Shown piece after piece: positions 1-10,401 of a DNA stretch of 64,000 nt. The notes beneath the pieces were generated by a model. That model searched no databases. It was not told the origin of the DNA and was given only the letters and a program-made list of their open reading frames with translations. The DNA is taken from IMG/VR virus record IMGVR_UViG_3300008261_004773, positions 1-64,000 of that record. The stretch is one strand, 5' to 3'. The position numbers were made by a program, and so were the translations under genes. This stretch comes from a virus. Numbering within the stretch: the stretch's first letter is position 1; each line of letters begins with the position of its first letter.

Positions 1-483
1 GGGAGATACACAAAAATAAAATTAAATGACAAGGGAACACTGAAGTTTATACATAACGTTAATCTGACAGGTGCGTATTCCTTTGGAAATGTTTTCGGAT
101 TTTTGGGTTATAGTATCATCATGAACGCGGGAAAATATGGTATTACAGGTGCCAATATAAGTGGAGCGATTACCAAAACACCTGACGATAAAAATCTTTT
201 TATAAGTCCATCGATTACTGCATTTTATACTAAACCTTTTCAAGCGGGGAAGAAGTTGAGTATTTCTCCTGAGATTTACGTTATTTCCACACCAGTTGTA
301 TACTCATCAGTGGATAAAATCACTGTATCTGATAGATATTTTAGTGGATTTATTGGATCAGGATTCGATTACCAAATATCAAGAAGATTTAAGTTTAATA
401 TAAACTATAAAGCGAATGTGAGTACCAATCCTGAATTTCCAATTCTTTCTTTTTTCTTGGTTGGTTCGAAAATTAACTTATGA
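1..483 (+). CDS. 5'-truncated probable outer-membrane beta-barrel protein
   Basis: Frame is open from base 1; alternating hydrophobic beta strands; ends SKINL. Confidence 0.5.
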   Translation, partial: GRYTKIKLNDKGTLKFIHNVNLTGAYSFGNVFGFLGYSIIMNAGKYGITGANISGAITKTPDDKNLFISPSITAFYTKPFQAGKKLSISPEIYVISTPVVYSSVDKITVSDRYFSGFIGSGFDYQISRRFKFNINYKANVSTNPEFPILSFFLVGSKINL

Positions 484-1913
484 GATTTGTATTTTTAATA
501 TTATTTTTTATACCAATAATTCTTTTCGGGCAAAGTATTACTTCACCTCCCGCAAGAGTTTATCAATTTAATACTTCAAACCAAGATGGTAGTGGATTCA
601 TTCTTAACGGTTTCAATGCATCAAGTACATTATTGGCATCAGTTGGATTTGTAAACCCACCTGCCGGAACAACATTTAGTATCACAACAACCACAGGTCT
701 TTCATTTGCTACAGGGTATAATACTTGGAGTAACATTACTCGGATAGCGTTTACGGGAACTATGGTTAATATTAATAATGCATTGGCATCTCTCAAAGTT
801 AATACAGGGGGAACACTTGGTAATGTTCAGATATCTGTGTCGGCAACAGTGAACCCCGTTGGTTATTATTATAATCCCGTGAATGGTCACTTCTACCTAC
901 CAGTCTCATCAGGACAATTCTATACAACCGCTAAATCACTTGCATCGCAACAGACATTTAAAGGGCAGACAGGATATTTGGTAACAATTACCTCAGCCAA
1001 TGAGGAATCTTTCATTTTTTCTAACGTACCACAAAGTAACATTTGGTTTGCATTATCTGATGCAGCACAAGAAGGTTATTGGAGAGTGGATGCCGGTCCT
1101 GAAAATGGTACTTTAATCAAAACACAAAACGGACAACTAGCAGGTAATATCTCAGGTCAATATAACAACTGGTGTGGTGGTGAACCAAACAATGCAGGTG
1201 GGGAACATTATGCGGTAACAAAATGGGGTGGTGGAAATTGTTGGAATGATCTACCAAACAACTATTCTTGCGCTTATATTATTGAATTCGGTACATGGAC
1301 AAATCCTGAACAACAGACATTTACAGATTTTTATAGTGCGAATGTTACAAATCAAGTTTCTTTAGGATCAATATCGGGAACCATCTCAGTACCAACACTA
1401 TCATCATATCCAACAATAAGTTTATTTAGTGTAGTAAACGGTGTAGATAATTTGATTCAGACCAAAACGGTTACATCCTCAGGATACTACACATTTAGTG
1501 TACCTTCACAGAACACTGTCTACAAATTAGTTCCTTCTTTTTCTTCAGTTGGAATCACATCATCAGACTTTAATTTGGTTTTTAATGAGACACAAAATAT
1601 CTCGACGCCACCTATCATTGCACCAGGTCAATTTATGACAGGTACAAAACAATGGAAGGCTGCAGATGTCAATAAAAATGGTATTTTGGATTTCGGTGAT
1701 GCATACCTTGTTGCTGCGCATATTACGGGATTCAGACCATTGACTGAAGTACTTTGGTTCTCATCAACAAACTACGACTCTATCAATAGAACTAACTTCG
1801 GAACAATAAGTCCCGTAACATCATTTACTTTGAATTTTGTTACATCAAGTTTAGTACAGAACATAAAGTATTGTGTTTTAGGTGATGTTAACCTATCACA
1901 TTCATCTCAATAA
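480..1913 (+). CDS. Secreted C-type lectin domain protein with dockerin-like C-terminus
   Basis: Signal peptide; EPN and WND motifs; ADVNKNGILDFGD and GDVN Ca-binding loops. Confidence 0.7.
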   Translation: MRFVFLILFFIPIILFGQSITSPPARVYQFNTSNQDGSGFILNGFNASSTLLASVGFVNPPAGTTFSITTTTGLSFATGYNTWSNITRIAFTGTMVNINNALASLKVNTGGTLGNVQISVSATVNPVGYYYNPVNGHFYLPVSSGQFYTTAKSLASQQTFKGQTGYLVTITSANEESFIFSNVPQSNIWFALSDAAQEGYWRVDAGPENGTLIKTQNGQLAGNISGQYNNWCGGEPNNAGGEHYAVTKWGGGNCWNDLPNNYSCAYIIEFGTWTNPEQQTFTDFYSANVTNQVSLGSISGTISVPTLSSYPTISLFSVVNGVDNLIQTKTVTSSGYYTFSVPSQNTVYKLVPSFSSVGITSSDFNLVFNETQNISTPPIIAPGQFMTGTKQWKAADVNKNGILDFGDAYLVAAHITGFRPLTEVLWFSSTNYDSINRTNFGTISPVTSFTLNFVTSSLVQNIKYCVLGDVNLSHSSQ

Positions 1914-1920
1914 AAAAACT

Positions 1921-2811
1921 ATGAAAAAGTTATTATTATTTTTGACATTGGTACCATCATTATCAATCGGTCAGGTTTCGAATTGGAGACAAGGATCAAA
2001 TAACTCGTCATCACAAAGCAACTCAACTCCACCCCCATCATCGACTAACAATACAAACAGAAGTGTTGATAGGAGTCCTCAAATAAGTAATTGGAGACAA
2101 GATCCGCCGAGTAGACAAACTCAAAATTATTATACACCACCAAGAAGACCACTAAGTCCTTTCTATTCACCAAATTATTTTGGACCGAATAGATGGTTCG
2201 GATGGGGAGCTCCAATGTATTTCGATTATTGGACACCATCATTCTATTACAATAATTGGGGTTACAGAGAACCTGCAAGAATATATTACAGAGAAGGTAG
2301 ACAAGATACAGTTAGAGGAAGAAAAGTTCATTTTTCATTTGGTTTCCAAACAACGGCATTCAAGGATCAGGTTGGTGGATGGTTTACAATAGGTGATAGA
2401 ACTTATTTTATTGGTGAATTTAATGTTACAATCAATAGAGATGATTCCTATTTTGTATCAAATAAAACCATTTGGAATTATTATAATGATGTAATGATTG
2501 TTAACGGAACGAGATTCACAATTAATCAATTATTTCCACTTCAGAAAGATGTGGAAAGAAACAATTCATATTACGTAGGATTAGGTAGAAAAATCAAAAG
2601 AACTGGTTTCCATTTTATGGTTGGTTTGGATAACACTAACCTGAGATACAGATACAAAGATGATATTGGTTTTATAACTTTCCCGAAGTCTGATAAAAAA
2701 ATGTTTACAGTCAAAGTAGGTGCATTGAGAGATATTGGAATATTCACAGTAAAATTGGATGTTGATCCTGTTACGAGAAGAGTGACAGCAGGAACTGGTT
2801 TAAATTTTTAA
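1921..2811 (+). CDS. Secreted protein with low-complexity N-terminus and probable C-terminal beta-barrel
   Basis: MKKLLLFL signal peptide; ends GTGLNF (BAM-type terminal Phe). Confidence 0.55.
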   Translation: MKKLLLFLTLVPSLSIGQVSNWRQGSNNSSSQSNSTPPPSSTNNTNRSVDRSPQISNWRQDPPSRQTQNYYTPPRRPLSPFYSPNYFGPNRWFGWGAPMYFDYWTPSFYYNNWGYREPARIYYREGRQDTVRGRKVHFSFGFQTTAFKDQVGGWFTIGDRTYFIGEFNVTINRDDSYFVSNKTIWNYYNDVMIVNGTRFTINQLFPLQKDVERNNSYYVGLGRKIKRTGFHFMVGLDNTNLRYRYKDDIGFITFPKSDKKMFTVKVGALRDIGIFTVKLDVDPVTRRVTAGTGLNF

Positions 2812-2817
2812 CTATTT

Positions 2818-3456
2818 ATGAAAAAAGACACTATGGATTTGAAATCTATTATAAAGGAGGCTTTAGAAAAGCATGTTGAAAAAACATTGGTATTGACTGA
2901 ATCAACTCAGATATCAGAAAGTTTGAAGTACCACGTTGATAACAATCTATCTTTAACCAACAATGTATTCAGAGTTTATTCTGAAAAATACTTTGAATTG
3001 GTAAACGAGGTGAGACAACTTTGGAAAGAGGGAAAAATCAAATTGAATGAAGAAGATACTTTGATGGTAGAGTCTGATTTAGGTGAAAAAATTAAGATCG
3101 GAAAAGAGTATGTTTATCTTGATGCACCATACATTTCTGAGACATGGACAGAAGAAGAAATATTAGAGGAGGCAGAACACAGAGGTAAGAAAGTAAACTT
3201 AGGGAAACCGTTCAGAACACCAGGTGGTCCTAAAAAGTTTGCAGTATATGTTAGGAAACCCGGTGGTGGAGTGAAGAAAGTAACTTTCGGAGATCCTAAT
3301 CTAAGAGTGAGAAATAGAAATAAAGGCGCTGCCAAGTCTTTTAGAGCAAGACATAGATGTGATCAGAAAAAAGATAGAACTACTGCAGGATATTGGTCTT
3401 GTAACGTAGGTAGATATGCAAAACAATTAGGATTATCAAGCAAAAACTCTTGGTAA
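2818..3456 (+). CDS. Hypothetical phage protein (probable virion protein)
   Basis: Basic C-terminal domain GGPKKF..VTFGDP..FRARH.C..YWSC; TATTTAT upstream; true start may be 2833. Confidence 0.55.
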   Translation: MKKDTMDLKSIIKEALEKHVEKTLVLTESTQISESLKYHVDNNLSLTNNVFRVYSEKYFELVNEVRQLWKEGKIKLNEEDTLMVESDLGEKIKIGKEYVYLDAPYISETWTEEEILEEAEHRGKKVNLGKPFRTPGGPKKFAVYVRKPGGGVKKVTFGDPNLRVRNRNKGAAKSFRARHRCDQKKDRTTAGYWSCNVGRYAKQLGLSSKNSW

Positions 3457-3722
3457 TGGACTTCCCATTTCAACAGCAAATTATTGAAGGTAAAATTGTT
3501 AGAACTTTCACCCCTGATGTTGATGTCGCTGAGCTGAAATGGCATCAAGATCTGAAAGACAGGAAAGTTAGAATAATCGAAGACGGAGGATGGTCATTCC
3601 AAATAGAAGATGACTTGCCAAACAAATTATCAGTTGACCAACAAATCTTTATACCCAAATTTGTCTGGCATAGAGTAATTAAAGGTAAGGACAATCTCGT
3701 TGTTGAGATTGAAGAAATATAA
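3450..3722 (+). CDS. Small cupin-like protein
   Basis: WHQD ... IPKFVWHRVI motifs. Confidence 0.5.
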   Translation: MVMDFPFQQQIIEGKIVRTFTPDVDVAELKWHQDLKDRKVRIIEDGGWSFQIEDDLPNKLSVDQQIFIPKFVWHRVIKGKDNLVVEIEEI

Positions 3723-4369
3723 TGTCGTATTTAGTTGCAAATATTCCACCAATAGAGGTTTACATAGATAAAAAATTTTTATTCGATTTCCAAAAAGATG
3801 AAAAAGGTAATTACTTGGGTGATGGAGAATGGGAAAAAGGTCATTGGGTTACTGTTAAAAGTATTCCCAACCAAGCGTTGTTGTTCGAAACATACATAGA
3901 TAAATTCTCTGCAGTATACGATAAATTACCTTTACATGCTTTCAGATGGAGATTACCTGAAGAGGGAGATGTAATCTACCCGTTGGACTTTCTACAGTTA
4001 TGGGATTGCCTTTCTTACAATATAAGTGTGATTCAGAAAAGAGTTTTACGTAAAACAAAAACTTTGACTACTCTTAAAGATCAGACGACAGTTGAAGGAG
4101 AGTATCTTTTTACAATTGACACAGCTAGTTCAGAACCAAATGAGGTTGATTGTGGATGGTCTGAAACACCAAATGAACACAAGTGTTATAACATATCCAA
4201 AATATCTAACGGACAATTTGTTGCTCAGCCAAACAACCGAACTAGATGGTTTCAGCCATCTAGATCGGGTGATTTAAGTGAAATACCATATTTCAGATAT
4301 TCAACTAAAGTTTGGACTTGTGAAGGTTTTTCGAAGTGGAGACCTTCAGAGGAAAATTGGATCTACTAG
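3722..4369 (+). CDS. Hypothetical phage protein
   Basis: 215-aa ORF translationally coupled to the upstream gene. Confidence 0.6.
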   Translation: MSYLVANIPPIEVYIDKKFLFDFQKDEKGNYLGDGEWEKGHWVTVKSIPNQALLFETYIDKFSAVYDKLPLHAFRWRLPEEGDVIYPLDFLQLWDCLSYNISVIQKRVLRKTKTLTTLKDQTTVEGEYLFTIDTASSEPNEVDCGWSETPNEHKCYNISKISNGQFVAQPNNRTRWFQPSRSGDLSEIPYFRYSTKVWTCEGFSKWRPSEENWIY

Positions 4370-5292
4370 GCTATCGAGGGTCTTTCTTCGTATACAGGTA
4401 CTGGCTCCGATACACACTCAGGCTCCTCCGCTATCATATCAAATTCAATTGCTCTCATTTTGGGATAGTACTCCTCAACACATTCTTTGTGTACCTGTTG
4501 TTGAATTTCATCTGAACATAAATTCTTATTTGTTGCATTAGATTTAAAAATCTTTCTGACTATTGGAAACAAATAATCATCTGCATCAACGTCAAGATAG
4601 TCGACTCTATTATCTTCAGCATTCCAAAAAGAAAATTCGTGATCATCATGTAATCCTTTGTAACCCGCAAACTTATATCCTGTCTCTTTATTGATGAAGT
4701 AAACTAAAATACCTCTTCTCCAATATTTTTCGAAGTAATTTTTCTCTCTTTGGTAAGTTGTACACCATCTTGTTGATGTACCATATTTTGAAGAAGCCGA
4801 AAAAGTTAAAGGCCTCAAAATTAACCACTTCTGATCTTCATACTCTCTGATTATTTGACCTTCGAGTTCTTTAGTTAATTCTTTCATTGACGCTAATGTC
4901 AGAGCACCTCTAATATCATCAATGTTTTTATAACTGGTTACATCTTTGTTCTCGATTAACCCTTTTTCCATTAAGGACATGAAATGGGTTAAAGTCTGAT
5001 AAGTATCGTTTGTGAAATGTTCAGAAATATAATTTTGAAGGTAAAATAGTTGGTTATCTGTTAACTCATTAGTTGAAATTCCTTTTGAGATAAGATTGGA
5101 TTGAATTTCCAACATACCCTTGGATAAGTCATCTGGGTGAAAATGATTTTTTACATTGAATCTACTTCCAAATATTTTACACATAAGTGGGAAATACTTG
5201 TAGGACTTCGAAGTATCCAATCTTTTCATCATATCGAACACCGTCATATTCAGTTCGGGATATTGTTTTTTCAACTCATCTAATCGAGACAT
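4366..5292 (-). CDS. Hypothetical protein, KYGxxTxWCTT family
   Basis: Motif shared with 38923..40407. Confidence 0.6.
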   Translation of the reverse strand: MSRLDELKKQYPELNMTVFDMMKRLDTSKSYKYFPLMCKIFGSRFNVKNHFHPDDLSKGMLEIQSNLISKGISTNELTDNQLFYLQNYISEHFTNDTYQTLTHFMSLMEKGLIENKDVTSYKNIDDIRGALTLASMKELTKELEGQIIREYEDQKWLILRPLTFSASSKYGTSTRWCTTYQREKNYFEKYWRRGILVYFINKETGYKFAGYKGLHDDHEFSFWNAEDNRVDYLDVDADDYLFPIVRKIFKSNATNKNLCSDEIQQQVHKECVEEYYPKMRAIEFDMIAEEPECVSEPVPVYEERPSIA

Positions 5293-5345
5293 AATTTTTC
5301 TTTTGGAAAAAAATAGGAGAAAATAAAATTACAGTCAAATGAGGG

Positions 5346-5918
5346 CTAGTCAAACCAAAAAATAAGGGCTTTACGAATTCCACTTGTTACAGGTGTAACA
5401 CCGTGAATATGATCTTTATCACAATGAAAACCAACTATTTTTTTTGATTCTGGCATCACCATTAAATTGTGAATTGGGAAATGTGTACCTCCACCACCAA
5501 CTTCATTCAGATATGTTACAGTTGTAAAAATTCGGGTTGGAACGTAGTTCGGTATCCATCTACCTTTAGGGGGTATGAAACCATTTCCGTTTTCATCAGG
5601 GGTTCCCATATATCTATCTTCAGGGTTTTCTGAATAAGTGTTGTCTGCGTGATAAATATATCCCTCAGTTTGATATGCAAATCCTACGTAATTAACTAAC
5701 CATTCCCTCCTTTCTACTTTTTCGTTTAGAAAGGATATTTGTTTTTTTATAATATTTTGGAAAAATACGGTGGTGTAAATTGGATCGTCAGGGTCAATAG
5801 TTTCCCACTTGTAGAACGGTTCACTTGGTGGTTGAAAGTAGGACAACTTATAATCCATCATTTCTAACAGAGTCTTAAGTTCGTAGTCAGTTAAAAAATT
5901 TTGTTCTTGGATTATCAT
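5346..5918 (-). CDS. 2OG-Fe(II) oxygenase
   Basis: HAD ... HGVTPV..G.R motifs. Confidence 0.8.
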   Translation of the reverse strand: MIIQEQNFLTDYELKTLLEMMDYKLSYFQPPSEPFYKWETIDPDDPIYTTVFFQNIIKKQISFLNEKVERREWLVNYVGFAYQTEGYIYHADNTYSENPEDRYMGTPDENGNGFIPPKGRWIPNYVPTRIFTTVTYLNEVGGGGTHFPIHNLMVMPESKKIVGFHCDKDHIHGVTPVTSGIRKALIFWFD

Positions 5919-5931
5919 CGAGTAAAAGTTG

Positions 5932-6018
5932 CGGAGGCTCAGGGATTCGAACCCCAGTTACAGTTTCCCGTAATTCAGTTTTCAAGACTGACGCATTCAA
6001 CCGCTCTGCCAAACCTCC
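5932..6018 (-). tRNA. tRNA-Ser(TGA)
   Basis: Cloverleaf, long variable arm, GGTTCGAATCC. Confidence 0.95.
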
Positions 6019-6072
6019 GTAGGATACAAATATACTAAATTAAATATGAATATCAAAGACTATTTATCTGTT

Positions 6073-6651
6073 ATGAATCATAAATTATTAGTTGAAGGTA
6101 GATTAGATGTGATCACGAGAGCAATTGTGAGAGACATAATTACATTTTTCAAATACCAAAGACAGGGGGAGTTTGGGTTACCCAAAGAATTGACAGGAGA
6201 AGAAGTTTATGATTTTGAGAATCTTGATACCAAGTTCGAAATTTTTTTAGATCTACAACAAAACGAAAATGTAAATGGTTTTGACGTTGATGCTGAATAT
6301 TGGGACGATGAACAAATATTGTATATTACGATTATCACCAAACCTGATCCATCACATTCCATTTTACAAGATTTATTGAAAGAATTGAATGAAGTTGTAA
6401 GACATGAGTTGGAACACATCAAACAACATGAAGAATCTTATGACTTTCCAAAAGAACCAAAGAGTCACGAAAAATATTATACACAACCTCATGAGCTTGA
6501 CGCCCAAAGAGTGGGATTCAAAAGAAGATCCAAGATCGAGAAAATTCCGATGGAAAAAATGGTTAGGGATTGGTTTGAAAAAAACAAACACAAGTATAAA
6601 ATGAAACCTGATCAGGTCGAAAGAGTTGTTCAGAAAATATTGGAAAGATGA
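6073..6651 (+). CDS. Putative zincin-like metalloprotein
   Basis: HELEH motif plus downstream E; start placed after TATTTAT. Confidence 0.55.
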   Translation: MNHKLLVEGRLDVITRAIVRDIITFFKYQRQGEFGLPKELTGEEVYDFENLDTKFEIFLDLQQNENVNGFDVDAEYWDDEQILYITIITKPDPSHSILQDLLKELNEVVRHELEHIKQHEESYDFPKEPKSHEKYYTQPHELDAQRVGFKRRSKIEKIPMEKMVRDWFEKNKHKYKMKPDQVERVVQKILER

Positions 6652-7403
6652 TAGACGAAAAGAAAATATTCGATAAATTTTTCAGAGGTCAAACATTTGA
6701 ATATCACGGTTCTAAGTACCGATTCGATGATATTCAGAAAATTGATGATGGAAAAAATCTATTCAAAATTTGTTGGATCCCTGATTTTTATCCTCATTCC
6801 TACTTTTTTGAAAAACTTGTCATGGACTGTAATAACATTTTACAGGAGAGGTTAAGATATCTTAGTCTCCAAGTTGATGGGAATGATTCTGTGGACATTT
6901 ATACTGAAGTATCTGATTTGACTAAAAAACTATTTGTTAGAAAATCATTACTCAAAGAAATTGACAAAGAAATTTCGAAATGGAAAGTTATAAGAATGGA
7001 AGTCCCCAAAGAAAAGAAAACATACATCTTGGGTGTCGACATTCGTCTATCAGAAAAACCCTACCATCAAAATGACAACAATGAATATATCACTATGCAT
7101 TTCGATATTGATATTAACTACATAGAAGATGTTGACGGTCCAACAAACAATAGATTGAAATTAAATCCCGATTTAAGTTCTACAATGATTTGGAATTTTA
7201 TCTTGGATTCTCTTTATGATCAAGATTTACCATCACAAATGGATGAGGTAATAATTCCAATATTAGAACCTGAAATGAAAATAGGTGACTATGATATCTA
7301 CTATAACAGTTCTTTCGGAATTTCTAGTATTTTGGGGTTACCTTTTGGAAAAAAACAAGTTCGTCAGGGTCATTTGTCAAATAATGATTCTATATTCATT
7401 TAA
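6648..7403 (+). CDS. Hypothetical protein
   Basis: 251-aa coupled ORF. Confidence 0.55.
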   Translation: MIDEKKIFDKFFRGQTFEYHGSKYRFDDIQKIDDGKNLFKICWIPDFYPHSYFFEKLVMDCNNILQERLRYLSLQVDGNDSVDIYTEVSDLTKKLFVRKSLLKEIDKEISKWKVIRMEVPKEKKTYILGVDIRLSEKPYHQNDNNEYITMHFDIDINYIEDVDGPTNNRLKLNPDLSSTMIWNFILDSLYDQDLPSQMDEVIIPILEPEMKIGDYDIYYNSSFGISSILGLPFGKKQVRQGHLSNNDSIFI

Positions 7404-8029
7404 CGTTTTTCTTGAAACTTCTGAATCATTTTTTTAATAAGATTAGATAAAACAGATCCTGTCACGACCATCGCACCTGAAGAGACTAACCTTTTTCCTA
7501 TCAACTGAATTAAAGCTTGAGTATTATCTGCACCGATTGACAGATGATATAAATCCTCCAATATAGGTAAAATAAATGCGTATGACATTGTATTGATCAT
7601 ACTTGTAGAGGTTATGGCTAACATGGATATGAAATCTACAAATGCTCTTCTAAGTTCATCCGCCTTTATTTGTACAACCTCAAATTCGCTAGATAAACCC
7701 TTATCGGATATTTTTTTGTATAAATTTTTTAGTTTTCTATCGTTATCATAGTAAAATTGTGCAACTGCACCTAAAACTAAAAGAGAAACCTCATACTCTG
7801 TAAGATTGGGAATATTACCCTCAACCCAATTTTTCAAAGGACCTATCATTCCTCCAATAGATGCACCCCAAGTCAAAAGGAATTTGAAATTCAATTTGTA
7901 AACAGTCTGAACGTCATCAATAACCTTTTTGGTAATTTCATTCAACTGTCTCATATTATCTCCAAATCTTTCTTTTAAAGATTCAGTTATAATCACTTGC
8001 ATTTGAGACTCTGATATCAAATAATTCAT
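7400..8029 (-). CDS. Hypothetical membrane-associated (probable virion) protein
   Basis: N-terminal ISESQ motif, hydrophobic helices, TATTTAT upstream. Confidence 0.55.
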   Translation of the reverse strand: MNYLISESQMQVIITESLKERFGDNMRQLNEITKKVIDDVQTVYKLNFKFLLTWGASIGGMIGPLKNWVEGNIPNLTEYEVSLLVLGAVAQFYYDNDRKLKNLYKKISDKGLSSEFEVVQIKADELRRAFVDFISMLAITSTSMINTMSYAFILPILEDLYHLSIGADNTQALIQLIGKRLVSSGAMVVTGSVLSNLIKKMIQKFQEKR

Positions 8030-8063
8030 ACAAACAATAAATACTTAAATTATATTTATTAGT

Positions 8064-8672
8064 ATGATGAATCCAGAAGTAAAGGAAGGTGACAGAATAA
8101 TCTGTTATCATATGGAGGGTGAATTAGGTGTCCCTCCCGGTACAAAAGGTACTGTTAGAGGAGTTGGTCGTGATCCTTTTGAACTCGTTAATGATGAAAA
8201 AATCATAAGAGTTAATTGGGACAACGGAAGTCAACTGAGTCTACTTACAACAACTGATTTTTGGAAGTTGGATAAGGAAAGTATGTCTGAGCAGGTACGT
8301 GAACCGGCAGAATATAGTGCTTTCAAAAAGGCAACTGATATATTTGAAAACTTCGATTGGAGATATCTCAGAGACTTTCTTGTTGCGGTAAGAGATGCGG
8401 GGCCAGTCAATATGTTCGAGGCCGGTCCTTTTTTAATTGGGGGTAAGGAGTGGATTGATAGGTATTACGGTGAGGGTAGAGAGGATGATGAAAGGTTTCA
8501 AAAGGTTCTTGAGATGGCCGATACCGCGAGAGACAAAATGATTGCAGGTACAGTAAATTATCTAAATAAGAATAAAGAAGGTTGGGAGTTGGAAGACGCT
8601 GAAAGATATTTGAGAACTTTTGCCAAAAAAATGATGTCGGTTTACATCGGTTTCCCAATACCACAACGTTAA
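8064..8672 (+). CDS. DUF4314-like plus DUF5049-like fusion protein
   Basis: VPPGTKGTV..VNWDNGS; VRDAGPVNMF. Confidence 0.55.
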   Translation: MMNPEVKEGDRIICYHMEGELGVPPGTKGTVRGVGRDPFELVNDEKIIRVNWDNGSQLSLLTTTDFWKLDKESMSEQVREPAEYSAFKKATDIFENFDWRYLRDFLVAVRDAGPVNMFEAGPFLIGGKEWIDRYYGEGREDDERFQKVLEMADTARDKMIAGTVNYLNKNKEGWELEDAERYLRTFAKKMMSVYIGFPIPQR

Positions 8673-8722
8673 ACAAAACACTCGGGAATGTCTTCCCACT
8701 TAGTAGTGTATTTTTTTGGATA

Positions 8723-8953
8723 TCATGACATCAACTCTTTGTCAAACGTGACAATTACTTCTCCAGAATTGTGAGCTGGAGTATAATAATCAAATTTGTG
8801 GTGATCTAAAATTTCACAAACTCTGTTTTTCATAAATTCAGACTTACCTGTGATAATACGCAAAGGTAGTTCTTTTGAGTTTAATAACACAAAATTTTCA
8901 ACCTCATCTTGAACCTTGTGATGATAATAACCGTGTAAGTCTAATTCTTTCAT
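8723..8953 (-). CDS. Stand-alone Smr domain protein
   Basis: LDLHG..IITGKS..NSG motifs. Confidence 0.8.
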   Translation of the reverse strand: MKELDLHGYYHHKVQDEVENFVLLNSKELPLRIITGKSEFMKNRVCEILDHHKFDYYTPAHNSGEVIVTFDKELMS

Positions 8954-10044
8954 TAGTTGGATAACGGGGCTTTGATAGACGGGTGTGATTGATAATCTCT
9001 CAGAACAAAATCATTGACATTGATTTTATCCCAATCAACCAAATACCCATCTCTGAATTTAAACTCGAAGTTCAAATCTACTTTTGGTAACTCAAACCAA
9101 CTACGGCCAATCTGTTCTTTGGCTTGATCAATGTGGTTTTGATACAAATGAGTGTCACCCAAATTTCCTATCAGTTGATCAGGTACCATATTTACCAATT
9201 TGCCGAGCAACATGAGGAGTAATCCGTATGAGGCGATATTGAAGGGCAACCCCAAGAAGGTATCAACACTTCGTTGATTCCACATCAGGGAGATTGCTCT
9301 TTTGGGTGTTGGTTCATAATAAACATTGTCAAAGTCAGGAATATTATTTTCATCATACTCCATTCCTGTTTCATAGTTTTGAGTGAACCACAATTTATAT
9401 CTTTCAGAATAACTTAATTCTCTTGTAAAAACTTGGAACCCATAATGACAAGGTGGTAAAACCATTTCATCTAATTCTGCAACATTCCAAGCAGAGACCA
9501 TCATTCTTCTACTGTCAGGATCAACTCTCAATAAATTGATTAGACGCGATATTTGATCATACCATATTGAACCTCTTCTAAGACCATCTTTTAGATCCAT
9601 CCAGCCTTGCCATTGTCTCCATTGTTTACCATAAATTGGTCCTAATTCACCCCACTCCTTTGCAAACTCATCATCTGTTTTGATTTTGTTGATGAACTCT
9701 TCTTTGTTAGTAATGGCATAACCTGCAATTGTGGTATCATCCATAAACTTTTCTAACGTCTTTCTTTGATAGTTAGCCCAAGCATCACCATCCCAAATAT
9801 GACAATCATTATCAACCAGGTATTTGATGTTGGTGTCTCCACGAAGAAACCATAACAGCTCTGTTACCATAGTTTTCCAAGCCATTTTTTTGGTGGTGAG
9901 CAAGGGGAAACCCTCACTCATGTTATGGCGAATCTGACGACCAAAAACCGATATAGTACCGGTTCCCGTTCTGTCTGTTTTTTTTACACCTGAGTGTATA
10001 ATTTCTTCAAGTAAAGCCTGATATCTTGCGTCTAAGTTATTCAT
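8953..10044 (-). CDS. thyA: Thymidylate synthase
   Basis: DRTGTGT, LPPCH, QRSVD.FLGLPFN. Confidence 0.97.
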   Translation of the reverse strand: MNNLDARYQALLEEIIHSGVKKTDRTGTGTISVFGRQIRHNMSEGFPLLTTKKMAWKTMVTELLWFLRGDTNIKYLVDNDCHIWDGDAWANYQRKTLEKFMDDTTIAGYAITNKEEFINKIKTDDEFAKEWGELGPIYGKQWRQWQGWMDLKDGLRRGSIWYDQISRLINLLRVDPDSRRMMVSAWNVAELDEMVLPPCHYGFQVFTRELSYSERYKLWFTQNYETGMEYDENNIPDFDNVYYEPTPKRAISLMWNQRSVDTFLGLPFNIASYGLLLMLLGKLVNMVPDQLIGNLGDTHLYQNHIDQAKEQIGRSWFELPKVDLNFEFKFRDGYLVDWDKINVNDFVLRDYQSHPSIKAPLSN

Positions 10045-10204
10045 AACTAGATTTTATATGGTTCATTGCTAACTCTACTGATTCTAGCATAGTCATCTGA
10101 TTATTTTTTTCTCTCAAAGTCCTTGAAAGATCTAATACCTGATCACGAATTTTCAATTGGAAAGCTTCGTGCATGAGTTCATCTAAAATTTCTTCGTTTG
10201 TCAT
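10037..10204 (-). CDS. Small hypothetical protein (55 aa, MTNEEILDELMHEAF...)
   Basis: Translated by hand; fills the gap and overlaps both neighbours. Confidence 0.6.
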   Translation of the reverse strand: MTNEEILDELMHEAFQLKIRDQVLDLSRTLREKNNQMTMLESVELAMNHIKSSYE

Positions 10205-10401
10205 GACCTATTTTGGTTATTCCACTCTTCAATAATGTATTTGACGTTGTCAGAAAGATGATCCATTTTGGATAACCAATCTAACACATCATTAACACCT
10301 AAATTATAAGATTCCTCGACACATTTTTCAACTGATTGTCTGTCCAAAAGCGTGTTGTGAACAATATTGTTTTCGATTATTTTTTCAAGTTCTATTTTCA
10401 T
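10201..10401 (-). CDS. Small hypothetical protein
   Basis: ATGA overlap with the ligase stop. Confidence 0.55.
   Translation of the reverse strand: MKIELEKIIENNIVHNTLLDRQSVEKCVEESYNLGVNDVLDWLSKMDHLSDNVKYIIEEWNNQNRS

Noticed and set aside
8953-10044. Intron or intein in thyA (also checked terL)
   Set aside because: ORFs are continuous, inserts are short and no splicing motifs were seen
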